In this document: positions 37,996 through 50,693 of the stretch, piece by piece
Layout: every line of letters begins with the position of its first letter
Position numbering within the stretch: position 1 is the first letter of the stretch
Assembly (NCBI GenBank): GCA_964188305.1
Contig: OZ076888.1
Reading direction: 5' to 3' (one strand)
Length of the DNA stretch: 64,000 nt
Source: Podarcis bocagei
Lineage: Eukaryota
The notes under the pieces: generated by a model
The model's input: the letters and a program-made list of their open reading frames with translations, nothing else
Told to the model about the DNA's origin: nothing
The model's database searches: none
Made by a program: the position numbers and the translations under genes

Positions 37996-38042
37996 AAATA
38001 AAAGTAGTAAAATATATACAGATGAGATTCTGCAACTGCTGG

Positions 38043-38204
<162 letters not shown>

Positions 38205-38726
38205 TCATGGTTGCAAGCCCTTGGAAATTCTCACACTTGCGAAGTCTTTGCAGTCACCCCCAAATTCAATAACACTGAGCATAAGAATTTACAGAGGAAA
38301 TATAGCATAAAACTGTATCTCAAATGCATCTGATTTAATGCATGTTATCTCATATTGGAACTTAACCCTGGTTAGACTACTGGACTGTACAGTCTCCCCT
38401 GGCAAACTATGCACTTAACTTTGCTGGCTATTACATTCTACTTCATATACCCAAGCAGTTTTGAATATCTACACTAAACATTACAGCCATAAGAAAAAGA
38501 TGGTTACTCATGTGAGAGGAGGAAATGTGTAAATCCTATGGCATTCTAAACTCTGAAGCAGAAACAGAAATAGTAATTAGGATTTTTCCTGCTAAGCCTC
38601 AAGAGACTTATTAGCTCCTAATTTTGTAATTTTCCATTGTACTTATGGGCCTATTTTTCTATTTGTTTCCCCAGTTTTCACAGAGGTGTTGATACCAAAA
38701 GGAAGGCCAGGAAAAGTTCTGAGTTA

Positions 38727-38936
<210 letters not shown>

Positions 38937-39681
38937 TCATTATGATGTAATCCTATACATAAAACCTAATCTCCAAGTTAGAGAAACAGAAATGCATTCA
39001 TACTTCTATTTCGGCTAGAAACAGTTTCAATATTTAACATTGATCACTCTCCCAACATGGCTGCATGTTTAATGAATTTTAAAAGCACACATTTTGATTG
39101 ATTCTGAAGATGTCCCTGGTTGCTGGGACTATAGTTTTTTTTAATACAAGTACATATAAATTGCAATGGCAAGCACCATTTTAAGATATCCCACCTGCTA
39201 TGAGAGAGGAGGGATTCCACAGATGATATCTACTACAACACAGCATCATTCATAAATGAAGTGTGCTTGTTTTCCCCTTAGATTTATTTTCTCATGTGCA
39301 CATTTAGGCTGCAAACTATCTCCCTGATTTGCTGTGCAGGTCTCCCTCTGCCCAGTCCCAAACAGCTCCAGCAGCTCCACTCCTCCAGTGTGCAGCTTCT
39401 AGATCCTCCTACCAAAGGTGTGAGCAGGAAGGGGTACAGCCGAGTCAGCACCACTGCTGTTAGTTGATGGCACTGGTCCAGATATGGGTCCAGTTGCTAC
39501 ACCAACCCCAGACTACCATAGTGCAGCATTTGCCACATAGGTTTGCCTGTGTGCCCTGCGTTCCATTCCTGCCAGCGTGAGTGGGTGCAGTGGTGGCTAC
39601 ACCATTCTGTCCCACACCCCAGCTAAAGTTGGACTAGCTCTATTAATGAATTTTATTTTTATTAATAAGTCAATATGAATA

Positions 39682-39905
39682 CAGTGGTACCTCGGTTTTC
39701 GAACATAATGCGTTCTGGAAGACCGTTCAACTTCCAAAATGTTCGAAAACCCGAGGCGCAAAGGGTGGTCTGCAAATTCAATAGAGAAAACTGAATTTCG
39801 ATTTCCAAGATGCGTTCGAAAATGGAAGCATTTACTTCCGGGTCTTCGGCATTCGAAAACCAAAACGTTCGACTTCCGAGACGTTCAAAAACCAAGGTAC
39901 CACTG
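39682..39905. mobile_element. Tc1/mariner (Tigger-like) MITE in DPCD intron 4
   Basis: TA|CAGTGGTACCTCGGTTTTCGAAC ... GTTCAAAAACCAAGGTACCACTG|TA. Confidence 0.88.
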
Positions 39906-40199
39906 TAACGCTAACTGACTTAAGGTTTCTTAATCATGTGAAAGCTGTGTTTTCCAAATATGGCTGCAGAGTGCTGGGTAAAGTGGGAGAGAACCCTAAC
40001 AATTTGAAGGGCTGTTTATTTTCAATTACCTTGAATCTGTACTGGTTCATACACCTTTGTCCTGCCAAGTATCTGGTGGATCTAAACAGTCTGTCTTCTA
40101 CCCAACTATGACTTAACAAATCTGAGTGAACATTATTCTTATCTCCCCCCTACCCCACCCTCTGCACAACTACCATTTAGCCCCTTTGTTACTCTTCCC

Positions 40200-41050
40200 T
40201 TGTGAAATTCCCTCCATCGCATGGACATGTTTCTGGTGCCCCAAACTGAATGGGAGAATTTATTCCCTGGTGTCAGGCCCATAAGCAATCCTTCTCCATT
40301 AAGCCCGTTCTGCTTAGAGGTCGACTGCTTGAACTACTGCTGCACAAAACATGAACCCTTTATTTTCCAAGCCTTAGCGAAAATGCATACAAAGGACAAC
40401 CAGCCTTGGATGCTTTGCCTGCTAGCAAGGAATGTTACCGCAGGGCTTGGAGCCTTCTGCGTAAATTTGGGAAAGGTGGCAGACATGGATAATAATAGGG
40501 GTGTCAAAGGTTAAACTGCAAAGATTAGTTGAACACAAAGACATGTTAAGGAAGTGTTAACTTCTTACTGATTGAGACAATAAAAAAGCAGGTCCCAGAA
40601 AAAGCCCAGTGTTTCAAAGAGCCTAAGGAGCCCACACTGGGAACACCAACTTTGCCCCCCAGCCTTCCCCAGGACTGAAGTAGTGGGAAAAATAATACCT
40701 GGTATGGTCTCCAACTAAAATCTGTGAGAGATCAAAGGAAAACAGATCTGCTGCTTTGCCCCCTTCTAGTGTAATGTTAACTGCTACCTTGCCCTGCAAT
40801 AATTGAATCTGCTGTGGCTGAAGAGGCTTTGCCTGTTTGTTTGGAAAGTTTGCTTTAATGGATTTGTTTTACAGCAAGAGGGCTAGAGCAAATCCCACTT
40901 GAGCAGCCTTTTGCTGTGGCTAGAGGGGCCAACAATGAATGAGTTGGAGCGGATGGCAATATTTTCTTTTTTAAGGTCCCTCGGGGCAGCTGTGTGTTCT
41001 GGCAGGGCTCCTGTGCTGTCAACAGCTGCATAGTCAATGTTCAATAGGTT
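40200..41050. promoter_or_regulatory. Candidate enhancer in DPCD intron 4 with TCF/LEF sites and p63-type half-sites
   Basis: AGATCAAAGG at 40729-40738, TTCAAAG at 40613-40619, GGACATGTTT at 40223-40232, AGACATGTTA at 40539-40548. Confidence 0.45.
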
Positions 41051-42692
41051 TAGTTTTCTCCCTCAGTGCATCTCCCTGCGTGGAGATTTCATCTGTTTAA
41101 CTTCTGCCTGCCATGCAGCTGTTGGAGGCATAAAGATATCCCTAACTGTAGTCTCTTTGGACTCCTAAGTGCAGGCATGGACTTGTTTACCCAGCCACAA
41201 GTATTGACACGGTTTTTAGGAGTTTATATTTAGCCTAAACAAAAGCCTGATTTTGGTAAAAGCACTAAGAGTACAACAATTGTAAAGAAGATCAAACACA
41301 CACAGCATCTCTGCTCCTCTCTAAATAATATACCACTAGCAATAAGGGCAGGAAACCTGAATTCAGATTATTTTATCCCCACACCACCACTATTCACCAT
41401 ATTAGCAGCCATCTGTAGTCCCAGAAGCATTTTGAAAAAGGACTTCCCCGGCATTCTGAGTAGCAGGGGTGGGGACTGCAGCTGGGCAGGCCTTGCTGGA
41501 AAGGGAGTTCCATAAGGGAGGTGCTACAAAAGAGAGCAAGCCCTCTCCTGTAATTCTTAAACTACAGAGAGGCTTACAGGGCAGGAGACACTCCTCCTTA
41601 TGTGTCACCTTTTGAGTTCAAGATGTGGATGCCAACCCAACACTTTTGCCTTTCACAATACATGTCTTGCTTATTGAAGAGGAGATCCTGGGGATTTGAT
41701 CCTGCACACAGTTAAGAGCAGTTTACTCCAGGTATATCTAATGTACCTAGATGTACCTCATCTTTCCCTTCTTGGTAATCTCGCAGTTGTGAAAACCAAA
41801 ATTATCTCCCTTCTTCTCCTCTTCTGCACAGGCCTGCTAACCAGTAGCCCACAAGCAAAACATGAATGAAACGGCTCTCTACTGTTGGTATTCAGAGATG
41901 CTGTGCTTTTGGACGTAGAGATACCATTTAACTATCATACCTAGTAGCCAATGATAGGTAAATCCCCTATCAATTTGTCATGTTTCCTTTAAAGCCATCA
42001 AAGCCAGTGATCATCGGCCCATTCTGTTTTATGAGTGTGAATAAGTCCCCTCTTTTGTGTGGCCTCAATCTACTGGTAATCAACTTTGTTGGTTGACCCT
42101 GAATACCTGTGTTATGAGATGCACCATGCGTTTCTGCAGAAAGTCGAGGCTAGTCAAGGGCTGCTTAAATCAAGAAGTACTTAAGCATCTCCATACCTAT
42201 CAAGAGGAGGCCATTGAGCAGCAAGAACTTGGATCTTGCACCTGCCAATTGCAGTCAGATAGCAAAGATGCTAAGTGGAAGGCCTACAGGGTCAATGTAG
42301 CCTGGCCTTCATTGTGAAGTGTTCGACAAGTCTCAACCATATCCATGGCCCTTTACTGTCACTGATTAATAGTACTCTTTGCCCTCAGAAGAACTTTAAC
42401 TTAAAAACATAACTGGCCAAAGACAGCAAAGCAGCTCTTTGCCAACAGCACCACCTCTAGGTAATTTTCAGGGATTGCACAATAAATAGGTTAGAGAACG
42501 GAAGGGAGAATCAATGTTCCCCCCCCCCCGACTTCTTCATCAAAAATTGGGATTGAGAAATGCATTTGCTTCTGTTTGTAATGCTATTGTCAAGCAGGAA
42601 GAGGAGAAGTGATGAAACTTTGCAATAAGTTTTCTCCAGATCCTGGGCTTTATCAAAATCTGCAGCCCCCCACTCAGCTTCACCCCACCTCA

Positions 42693-42848
<156 letters not shown>

Positions 42849-43778
42849 CTAGAGAAAAGGCACATTTCAGTTATCCTGGCATCACTCAGATGGAATAGAT
42901 AGCAGTGGGGAGTTTTTGGCTTTGCACATTCAGGTGCTTGGTCTAGTTATGTGGACCCACATAGCAGTACTGAGGATGGAGTTTCTTTGAAGTCACCCCC
43001 CACCCTCACTTATAGTTCTTCAAATGTATCAGGAATTCTCTAAGTCTGTAAGTCATTTATATAATTTCCAAGCAGTCAGAGGCTTCTTCGGGATACACAA
43101 ATGAAACTGATGTGGAGGAATGGGGAGGAAGAAAGCTGTATTAGATTTAAGCCAGAAGGAAAGAAAACAGGTTAAAGTAACAAAGGTCTCATAGATGAGG
43201 AACAATGTGGTCTCTGGTAGAGGTATCATGAGCCTGTTCCACAAGGAACATTGGTTACCCCATTCTGGTGGTGAGATCATGAATTTCCCTTGGTCATTCT
43301 ATGGAGAGAGCTATTTATCTTAAGGAAGGGCCATAGAATAGTGGGACAGCACATGCCTTGCATGCAGAAAGTTTTAGGATCTGGCACCTTTGGTTAAATT
43401 ATTTTAAACAGTAGCACTTGGAAACATTCCTAATTCAGTAAGTAGTTGCTGCCAGTCAGGTAATATTGACGGAGCAATAGTCTGACTTGGTGTGAGACAG
43501 CTTTACAAGTTTATGCCAGCACTAATGTCATAGGCATATGTTCTCCAGTAAGTCTGGAAGTAAAGTCACCTAACAGAGTACTACATAAGGGTTCCCAACC
43601 CGGATACATCCCCAAGGAAACAGAAACCATGCATCACCTCTTTCTCTGTTCCAAAGCTAAGATGAGCTACATTATGTTACTTTGCAATGGAAGCATTACT
43701 ACTCATCTTAAGAAGCCAAACTGTAGTCTCAGAATTCAGAACAGGTAACCTAGGAAAATGAGACCCGTAGCAATTTCA

Positions 43779-44051
<273 letters not shown>

Positions 44052-44710
44052 TCAGATGTTGCATGACTGAGAATTTTGATATAGGAGTAAGACATGATTA
44101 ACAAGAAACTGCACTAGGCATGGTGTAGGTTTTCTGGAAAAAACTGAAATAAGAAAATTTCCCAATACTAAAAACCAATTGAAGCTGATTTAAAGTTATT
44201 TATACTTTAAGTTTTAATTTATCCTCAGTTATGCCCCGCATGCTGAAAGGGGCAGCAGAGCCATGCACAGTTCCCCACCCATGAGATCCACGTGGGTATG
44301 GGGAACCACATAACTTGAGGGTGGGGCTATCATGCTCAGAGTTTCAGCTCCTATAGAAGTCTATATATGTGGCCTTACCCAGCTCAGATGTTCACACTCA
44401 ATATGCAGATGTTGGGAGATGAGTGATCATGAGGCCTCAGGGGCAAGGTCAAAACAATCAGGCCTTCAACTTTCATGGAAATATACTCACAGAGTCTTTT
44501 CTGGCTCAGACATACATGCTTAATGCATGTTACTGCTGAATTTTATGGAATAATGCAGTTTTAGAAACAAACAAATGTCCAAGGATAAATGTAGTATTGG
44601 GAAAATTTCCTACTTGCATCACTGCTAATATGTAACATGCAAGCTCATTCTGGAAGAGTATTCTTTCCTGTGGTCCTGTCAAGTATGAATTTGCTTCCTA
44701 ACTCAAAGTA

Positions 44711-44952
44711 CAGTGGTACCTCGGGTTACAGACGCTTCAGGTTACAGACGCTTCAGGTTACAGACTCCGCTAACCCAGAAATAGTACCTCAGGTTAAGAA
44801 CTTTGCTTCAGGATGAGAACAGAAATTGTGCGGCGGTGGTGCGGTGGCAGCAGGAGGCCCCATTAGCTAAAGTGGTACCTCAGGTTAAGAACAGTTTTAG
44901 GTTAAGAACGGACCTCCAAAACAAATTAAGTTCTTAACCCGAGGTACCACTG
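44711..44952. mobile_element. Tc1/mariner (Tigger-like) MITE in DPCD intron 2
   Basis: Perfect 18-bp TIR CAGTGGTACCTCGGGTTA / TAACCCGAGGTACCACTG with TA on both sides; short internal tandem repeat containing GGTTACAGACGCTTCA. Confidence 0.9.
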
Positions 44953-45212
44953 TACAATTCTATTCTACTTCTCCTATGTTGGAAATAATTACCAAATTGA
45001 GAGGGAGGATGAAATGAATGAGTCACAAGTGGTCTAATTCGAAGCTGCGCTATAACTAAAGGCATTTTTGACTGGGAACTTCCCTTTGCTATGATCAACA
45101 TGAAACCTGGACCTGTGCTATGTGCAGCAACTGTCAGATGCAAGCTCCTACTTCTCATCAACCTGTACTATTAATAGGCCAAGCCCCTGTTATGACCAAT
45201 TTTAAACTCCTA

Positions 45213-45398
<186 letters not shown>

Positions 45399-46158
45399 TC
45401 AGCTACCCCAAGACTTAGCTGGAGAAACCAAAAGTCTAGACCACAGCATCTGTGGCATTCTGGCATTCACAGACTGCCACCCTAAATCATGCAGCTTGAT
45501 CTTATGGGACAGCGGACAGAGATTTCAATGGGACTGACCCAAGCGTAAATGACTAAGGCCCAACCCTTTGCAAACTTACTCTTAGTTAAGTTCAGTTTTA
45601 ATTGTTATTTTAAGAGATTTATTCCCCCACCCTTCGACAAGTTCCCAGGGCACCTCACTGGGGCTGCTTCCCAGGTAAGTACAAGCAGGGGCTGCCGCCT
45701 CAGTCGAGCCCTTGGGCTGTACGTACTAAAGCAGCCTTAATGCGAAGGTGACAGCCCAACTCACACTCACCTGGAAACAAGCCCAAACTGATCACAGTAG
45801 GATTCACTTCTGAGTAAATATGCACTGGATCGCTCCTACACCCCTTTACCTTGGAAGCAAGTCCCACTGGAACCAATGAGTCTTATTTTGGAGAAGACAT
45901 GGGACAATAGAGTGTTGTAACCAAATTTATTGTGGCACAGGCTTTCGTGGACCGCAGCCGGCAGTCCTAAGCCCTGCATTGCATACACCCCACTGGCCCC
46001 GGGGCTCTACCTTCCCCGCTTCCTCGTACTCGCCCCGGTCCACCCCCGTCCCTCGCCGGTGATCGTCCTCAGCCCGTCGGGATCCGGGCCTCGCCGCTCC
46101 CCGCTCCCTCCGAGGTCCCCGGAGGAACGTCTGCCGACGACGCCCCGCTCCCATTTAC

Positions 46159-46222
46159 CGTCCCCCAGCAGGGCGGTCTTCCGCGCCGCACGCAGCTGCT
46201 CCAGCCAACTCGGCCCGACCAT
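46159..46222 (-). CDS. DPCD: DPCD exon 1 (start codon)
   Basis: ATG at 46222-46220; MVGPSWLEQLRAARKTALLGD(G)|gtaaat. The six exons sum to 612 nt = 203 aa + stop with consistent splice phases. Confidence 0.95.
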
Positions 46223-46237
46223 GATGCCGCTGGACGC

Positions 46238-46251
46238 ATTGCCAGGGCAAC
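46238..46251. promoter_or_regulatory. RFX X-box-like motif
   Basis: ATTGCCAGGGCAAC matches the palindromic X-box GTTGCCATGGCAAC at 12 of 14 positions, about 16 bp upstream of the DPCD ATG. Confidence 0.65.
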
Positions 46252-46289
46252 CGCCCTACACTTCCGGCCTCTCCTGACCGGACACGGAA

Positions 46290-46369
46290 GAAAACGCGGC
46301 GCGGGGGGAAGTTTTGCTGCTTCTCCCCCCGCCCTCCCCCAGTCCTCTTTCGCGCCCGCGCCTCCCCGG
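46290..46369 (+). other. POLL: POLL non-coding first exon (5' boundary approximate)
   Basis: Consensus donor CCGG|GTAAGT at 46370 within the CpG island. POLL has a non-coding first exon in mammals (recalled). The TSS is not determinable. Confidence 0.6.
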
Positions 46370-48314
46370 GTAAGTGAAATAAAACGCGAAATAGCTCCCC
46401 GCCCCCACCGCGCGCGCTCCTTCCTCCGCCTGAGGGGCGTTTCTAGGCCTCTCCGCGCGTCTCCTTAGCCCCGCCTCCCTCCCTCCTTAGTGGGCCTCAT
46501 CCTACCCGAGGGGAGATCAGAAGAGAGCGAGCGCACAGGTGCAGGAAGAGTCGGCGTACCTGCATGCCTGCCGGCGCGAAACCTTGCTGCCACGTGGAGA
46601 GGGACCTGGGGCCTGTGGCGGTGCTGGACTACATCTCCCATTCAGCCCCATCTCCCAGCCTGCTTGGCCGGGGTGATGGGATTCGTAGTCCAGCAGGCTC
46701 TGTTTACCTCTCCCTGAGGCGACGGCAATATTCTCCTTTACATTGCATTGCCTCATCTTAGTCTCCTCACATCTGTCCGGCACTCCACTCTGGAAGTGAG
46801 ACACCTCCTTCTGGCTTTCTGTCTCTTCTTGCATTCTGCACAAGCTCCACGTCCTTGCCTCCAAAGCTTTCTGCTACCAACACCCTGTTAGGTTTCTGCC
46901 TGTGAGGCTCCTCCAGCTCTACCACCCTCAGCCATCCTAAAGTCTCCTGCTCCCTCAAAATACTCTACCCTTTCTCCCCTTATGCTTGAAACTGTCTCCC
47001 AGAATACCTGTGTGGTGTTTCCTAATTTTTCAAATTCCTCCTCAAATCCTACTTTTTCTGTAAGGCCCTTGGCTCAGCTCCCTAGTTCCTATGCCTTGCT
47101 GCAACTAAGGCTGTAACTGAGCCTAAGCACATGCAACTCAAACAATTGTGTGTTCTTTCCCTGTTTATCCTCGCCTCCACTTTTATTTCTCAGGGCCTCA
47201 GCAGGGCCACCAGGACTGATGCTCTGTATCCACCACCATTTAGACTCCCTAGTGGCAGCACTGCTGTGGTCACTAGCATCCTGCACCCTTCACAGGCTTG
47301 CCTGTGAGCTTGTCTGAGACACCAGTGGTGTAATGGATGAATTGCTGAGCAGTCACTCTACTCCCAGCCCATTGTAGCAGCACCGCAACAGGTGAGCCAG
47401 GAGGAGGCTGATAATTTCTCCACCACCTCCCTGCGTGCTGTCATGGACCTTCTCAGAGATGGTGACAGCTCTGTAATGGGCCAGGAACTGAGTGGTTGCT
47501 TGGGACCTTGCCTGTTATAGTGCCACTGTGGATAAGTGTGAGGGGAGGCTGGTGGCTGCAGGAATATCACCACTAGAGGGCCCACGGGGCAGCAGATCCT
47601 GGAATGTATGTTTTGGTTTGTGCTGGGGGCTCCAGTGAAGACAGCCTGCCCTGTACCCCCTTAAAAACACACAACTGGAGCCAAACTGTTCCCCTGAGTT
47701 GAATTTTAAATTGAAAGCTCCCTTTGGCAGGGGCCTGCCCTCATACTCTGTAAAGTACCATGCACACTGAGGATGCTATATAAATAAAAAGTGGCATCTG
47801 TGGAGCTGGTGTGTATTCAGGAATTCTTGAGGGAGGTGGCCTTATGTTACTGCTATGAAGCACTAAGTCTATTGGTCTTTGGATGTACCACATTTTGCAA
47901 ATTGAGGCGAATAAGACCCTATTAATGATTTGGTGGGATATCTACCAGGGCCTTTCACCTGTTGCAGAAAAATAAATGGCCAGCTCTAAACACACAACTG
48001 AATTAACATAGGGAGTGCCTTTTGCTAGAGGATTCTCTGTCATTAAGGTAGATCACAAGCTAAGGCATGCCCCCTAGAAACTGAAGTTACCCTATTAGCA
48101 TGTCAGAGTCTTGCACCTCATTCATTTCCACCTCTAGCTAAAGTTGCATATAAGGTTACGTTTCACCTGTTGTCATGGGACATATGATAGCTTGATTTTC
48201 ATTTCAGGTTTACAGATATCTTTGTGTTGTAAGTCACTTCAAACTCTTGCAATCTTTACCATCTTCCTCAGTAAGACTGCTTACTCCTGCCTGGGAAGGA
48301 GGCATCCATGTTCC

Positions 48315-48426
48315 ATGGAGCCCCAAGGAATTGTCAAAGCTTTCCCCAAACGAAAGAAGATCAGATATGATTCACAGAAGGCAGTGCCTACAAAGGTACT
48401 GAAAGAAGAAACCAAGAATGAGCAAG
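48315..48426 (+). CDS. POLL: DNA polymerase lambda, first coding exon (exon 2)
   Basis: ATG 48315; MEPQGIVKAFPKRKKIRYDSQKAVPTKVLKEETKNEQ, ending g|gtgagt; resembles the POLL N-terminus MDPRGILKAFPKRQK with an NLS-like PKRKK. Candidate acceptors give exon starts at 48208 or 48272. Confidence 0.9.
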
Positions 48427-48728
48427 GTGAGTTTCGTGTTTGCTTCCTCAGCCATGTGAAGCTATGAGACAGCCTGGCCTGCTCTGCTTGAGATTACTAT
48501 GGCCTAGCTGTTAGTGCAAGTGGTTTACTTTGGGAAAAATCACTTAAACCTGGAAGGTTCCAATCAAATGGAGGCATTGAGTTTTGAAGTCTTATCTGTG
48601 TGCTACAAGAGATCTGGTCTTCTCCATACTAGTTATGGCCTCAAGCCGTCAGACTCCCATCACTCAGATAAGACATTAAGCCCACTCTTGCTTTTCTGAG
48701 TCTATTTCTCTCTGGCTTTCATTAGCAG

Positions 48729-49023
48729 CATGGTTGGAGCCAATCACTGCCTATGTGCTGCAAGCAGGAATTGGCCAGGCCAGGGCTGAGATCTTCCGCA
48801 AGCAGATCGTCCAGAATGGGGGAATTGTCTGCAGCCATCTTTCCCCAGATGTGACACATGTTATAGTGGATGAAGGCATGGACTGTGACCGAGCTTTCCG
48901 GCTTCTCAAACTAGCCAAGTTACCCCAGGGATTGCAACTGGTGAAGGCATCCTGGCTGAGTTCCTGTATTGCAGCACAGCAGATCCTGAAGACTACTGGC
49001 TACAGCCTCTTCATCCCAGAGAA
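48729..49023 (+). CDS. POLL: POLL exon 3, BRCT domain
   Basis: Tandem acceptor tagcag| (alternative start 48726); WLEPITAYVLQAGIGQARAEIFRKQIVQNGG...VTHVIVDE...LVKASWLSSCI...FIPE, ending aa|gtaggt. BRCT GG/THVIV/W motifs are present. Confidence 0.93.
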
Positions 49024-49217
49024 GTAGGTGCCTTTCTTACTTCAGCATGTGGTGGCAAGTTTTATGTGGAAATCCATTTCTTATTTTGGGAATGGACACA
49101 GAGGAAAGAGAATTGAATTCCTCATTTCTTTTCAATTTTCTCACACTCTTGTAATGGATAGAATGGCTGCCTTCAGAAGCAGTGATTGCACCTTGCTGTA
49201 TGTTTGATTCTTGGCAG

Positions 49218-49389
49218 GTATCTGGATGTGTCAGATACTTCAAAGCAGCAATCACAACTTCTGGATGACGTGATGGTCCAGCCTCAAATGGAGAGTGCAG
49301 TCCTGGCACTGAAGGATGAATCTCAGGCAGAGGTTTCCAGCACTCCCTGTAGTGCAGCAGATTCCTCAGGACAGCAAGAAGTTAAAGGG
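49218..49389 (+). CDS. POLL: POLL exon 4, Ser-rich linker
   Basis: ttggcag|gTATCTGGAT...AAAGGG|gtgagc; YLDVSDTSKQQSQ...QQEVKG. Phases are consistent with both neighbouring exons; the sequence itself is low-conservation linker. Confidence 0.82.
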
Positions 49390-49460
49390 GTGAGCCCGCT
49401 TAGCGGATTCCCATTTTTGTGCTTTTGAGCATTTTTGTAGGTTATGCCAGGGTTTTTATT

Positions 49461-49600
49461 GGGGAAGAGCTGTAGCTCAGTAACAGAGCATTTGCATTGC
49501 ATGCAGAATGTCCCAGGTTCAATCCCCAGCATCTCCAGGTAAGGCAGGGGGAAAACCCTGCCTGAAATCTTAAAGAACTGCTGTCAGTGTGGACATGATT
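49461..49600 (+). mobile_element. tRNA-derived SINE (Squam3-like); related copies at about 8330-8515(-), 43325-43500(+), 57490-57700(-)
   Basis: GCTGTAGCTCAGTAACAGAGC...GGTTCAATCCCCAGCATCTCCA: tRNA-like head followed by a non-tRNA body. Confidence 0.7.
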
Positions 49601-50693
49601 GACACCTCTTTGTTCCAAAGATGAAAGTGCCACGCTTCTCTTAGAATTAGGGAACAATATTGTAATTGGAACGAGGCGTGTGTGTTGACAACAGATACAG
49701 CCATTTTTCTCTTCTGAAAGGAGTGAATTTGCCTCTATTAAACAAATGCTGAGCTGTCATTGTAGAAGCTGGGCACCTAACATGTGCTTCCTTTGGTTAC
49801 TCTGAGTATGTTTTTTTCTAGCAAGCTTCACTCCAGACCACCTAAAAGTTACAAGAATAGGAAAATGTAGAAGGAGCTTTTGGCAGATTGTTTCTGCATT
49901 AGAATGTATGTGTGTTATTCTGCTGCTGTCTTTGTTTGGCAATGCCTTGAGGTTCATTTATGCCAAGTCTCCTCTTCATTCAGAGAATCTGGCAAAAATA
50001 TACACTGATGTAAAAGCTCTATATGTCCAGTTGCCTTGAATTTTAATCTTTCTCAACTCTGAAGCAATATTAAAATAAGCTAGTAAAATACTAGTTACAG
50101 TGTTAGCACCCTAAAGTCAGAACATATAAAGATCATATTGACTACAATGTGCTCCTTATAGCATCTTGACCACGAGGTGTAATGAATGTAAGTTATTGTT
50201 CAGCTTCTTAAGTATTATATTCTTTCTGTTTTCTACTAGTCAATGGAATACCTGGTATGTTCATAATGGGATGTTGCCCCCTAGTGCCTGAAGTAGACAG
50301 CAAAAGGAAATTGTGCCACTAAAGTTGCTGTAACTTGGGACATTTTATTCATGCTCACTCGTCACCACCACTCCAAAATAAAGCCACCTTCATAAGTTAT
50401 ATGAATCCATAGCATTATGGTCACTGCAGGGACTCTGCCAGCTATGCTTTCTTATAGATGATCATCATAACTGAGGGGAGGAACATGTTATATGCAACTG
50501 TTAGTACAGCTTATGCTTTTTCTTTCTCTCTCTCAACCTATCTAACGATTGTGGTGGATCTCACAGGGACTACCAATCCCCTTTAATGTTTCAGAGTCTC
50601 CCTGCCTTTGGTGCATTATGAGCCAGTGCCTTGCAATTGCTTGCATAAGTAATGGCTACATTTCACAGCTTCCTCTTCTACCTCTCTCCAAAG

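Larger units (their letters stand above)
45940..46640. promoter_or_regulatory. CpG island / bidirectional promoter shared by DPCD (-) and POLL (+)
   Basis: Dense CpG/GC stretch. Only 147 bp separate the DPCD ATG (46222) from a strong + strand donor CGG|GTAAGT (46370). Contains ETS motifs ACTTCCGG (46260-46267) and CGGAAG (46285-46290), GC boxes (CCCCGCCC) and an RFX X-box. Confidence 0.85.

Noticed and set aside
45672-45680. Perfect + strand splice donor CAG|GTAAGT upstream of the CpG island (possible alternative POLL first exon)
   Set aside because: It adjoins a LINE-tail relic, has no supporting promoter evidence, and such a 9-mer can occur by chance.
49024-49027. Apparent premature stop (TAG) after the POLL BRCT ORF
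   Set aside because: The TAG is inside the intron (AA|GTAGGT donor). Splicing to 49218 restores the frame, so POLL is not a pseudogene.
49461-49540. tRNA-like sequence
   Set aside because: It is a degenerate SINE head that continues into a SINE body, with related copies elsewhere in the window; not a functional tRNA gene.
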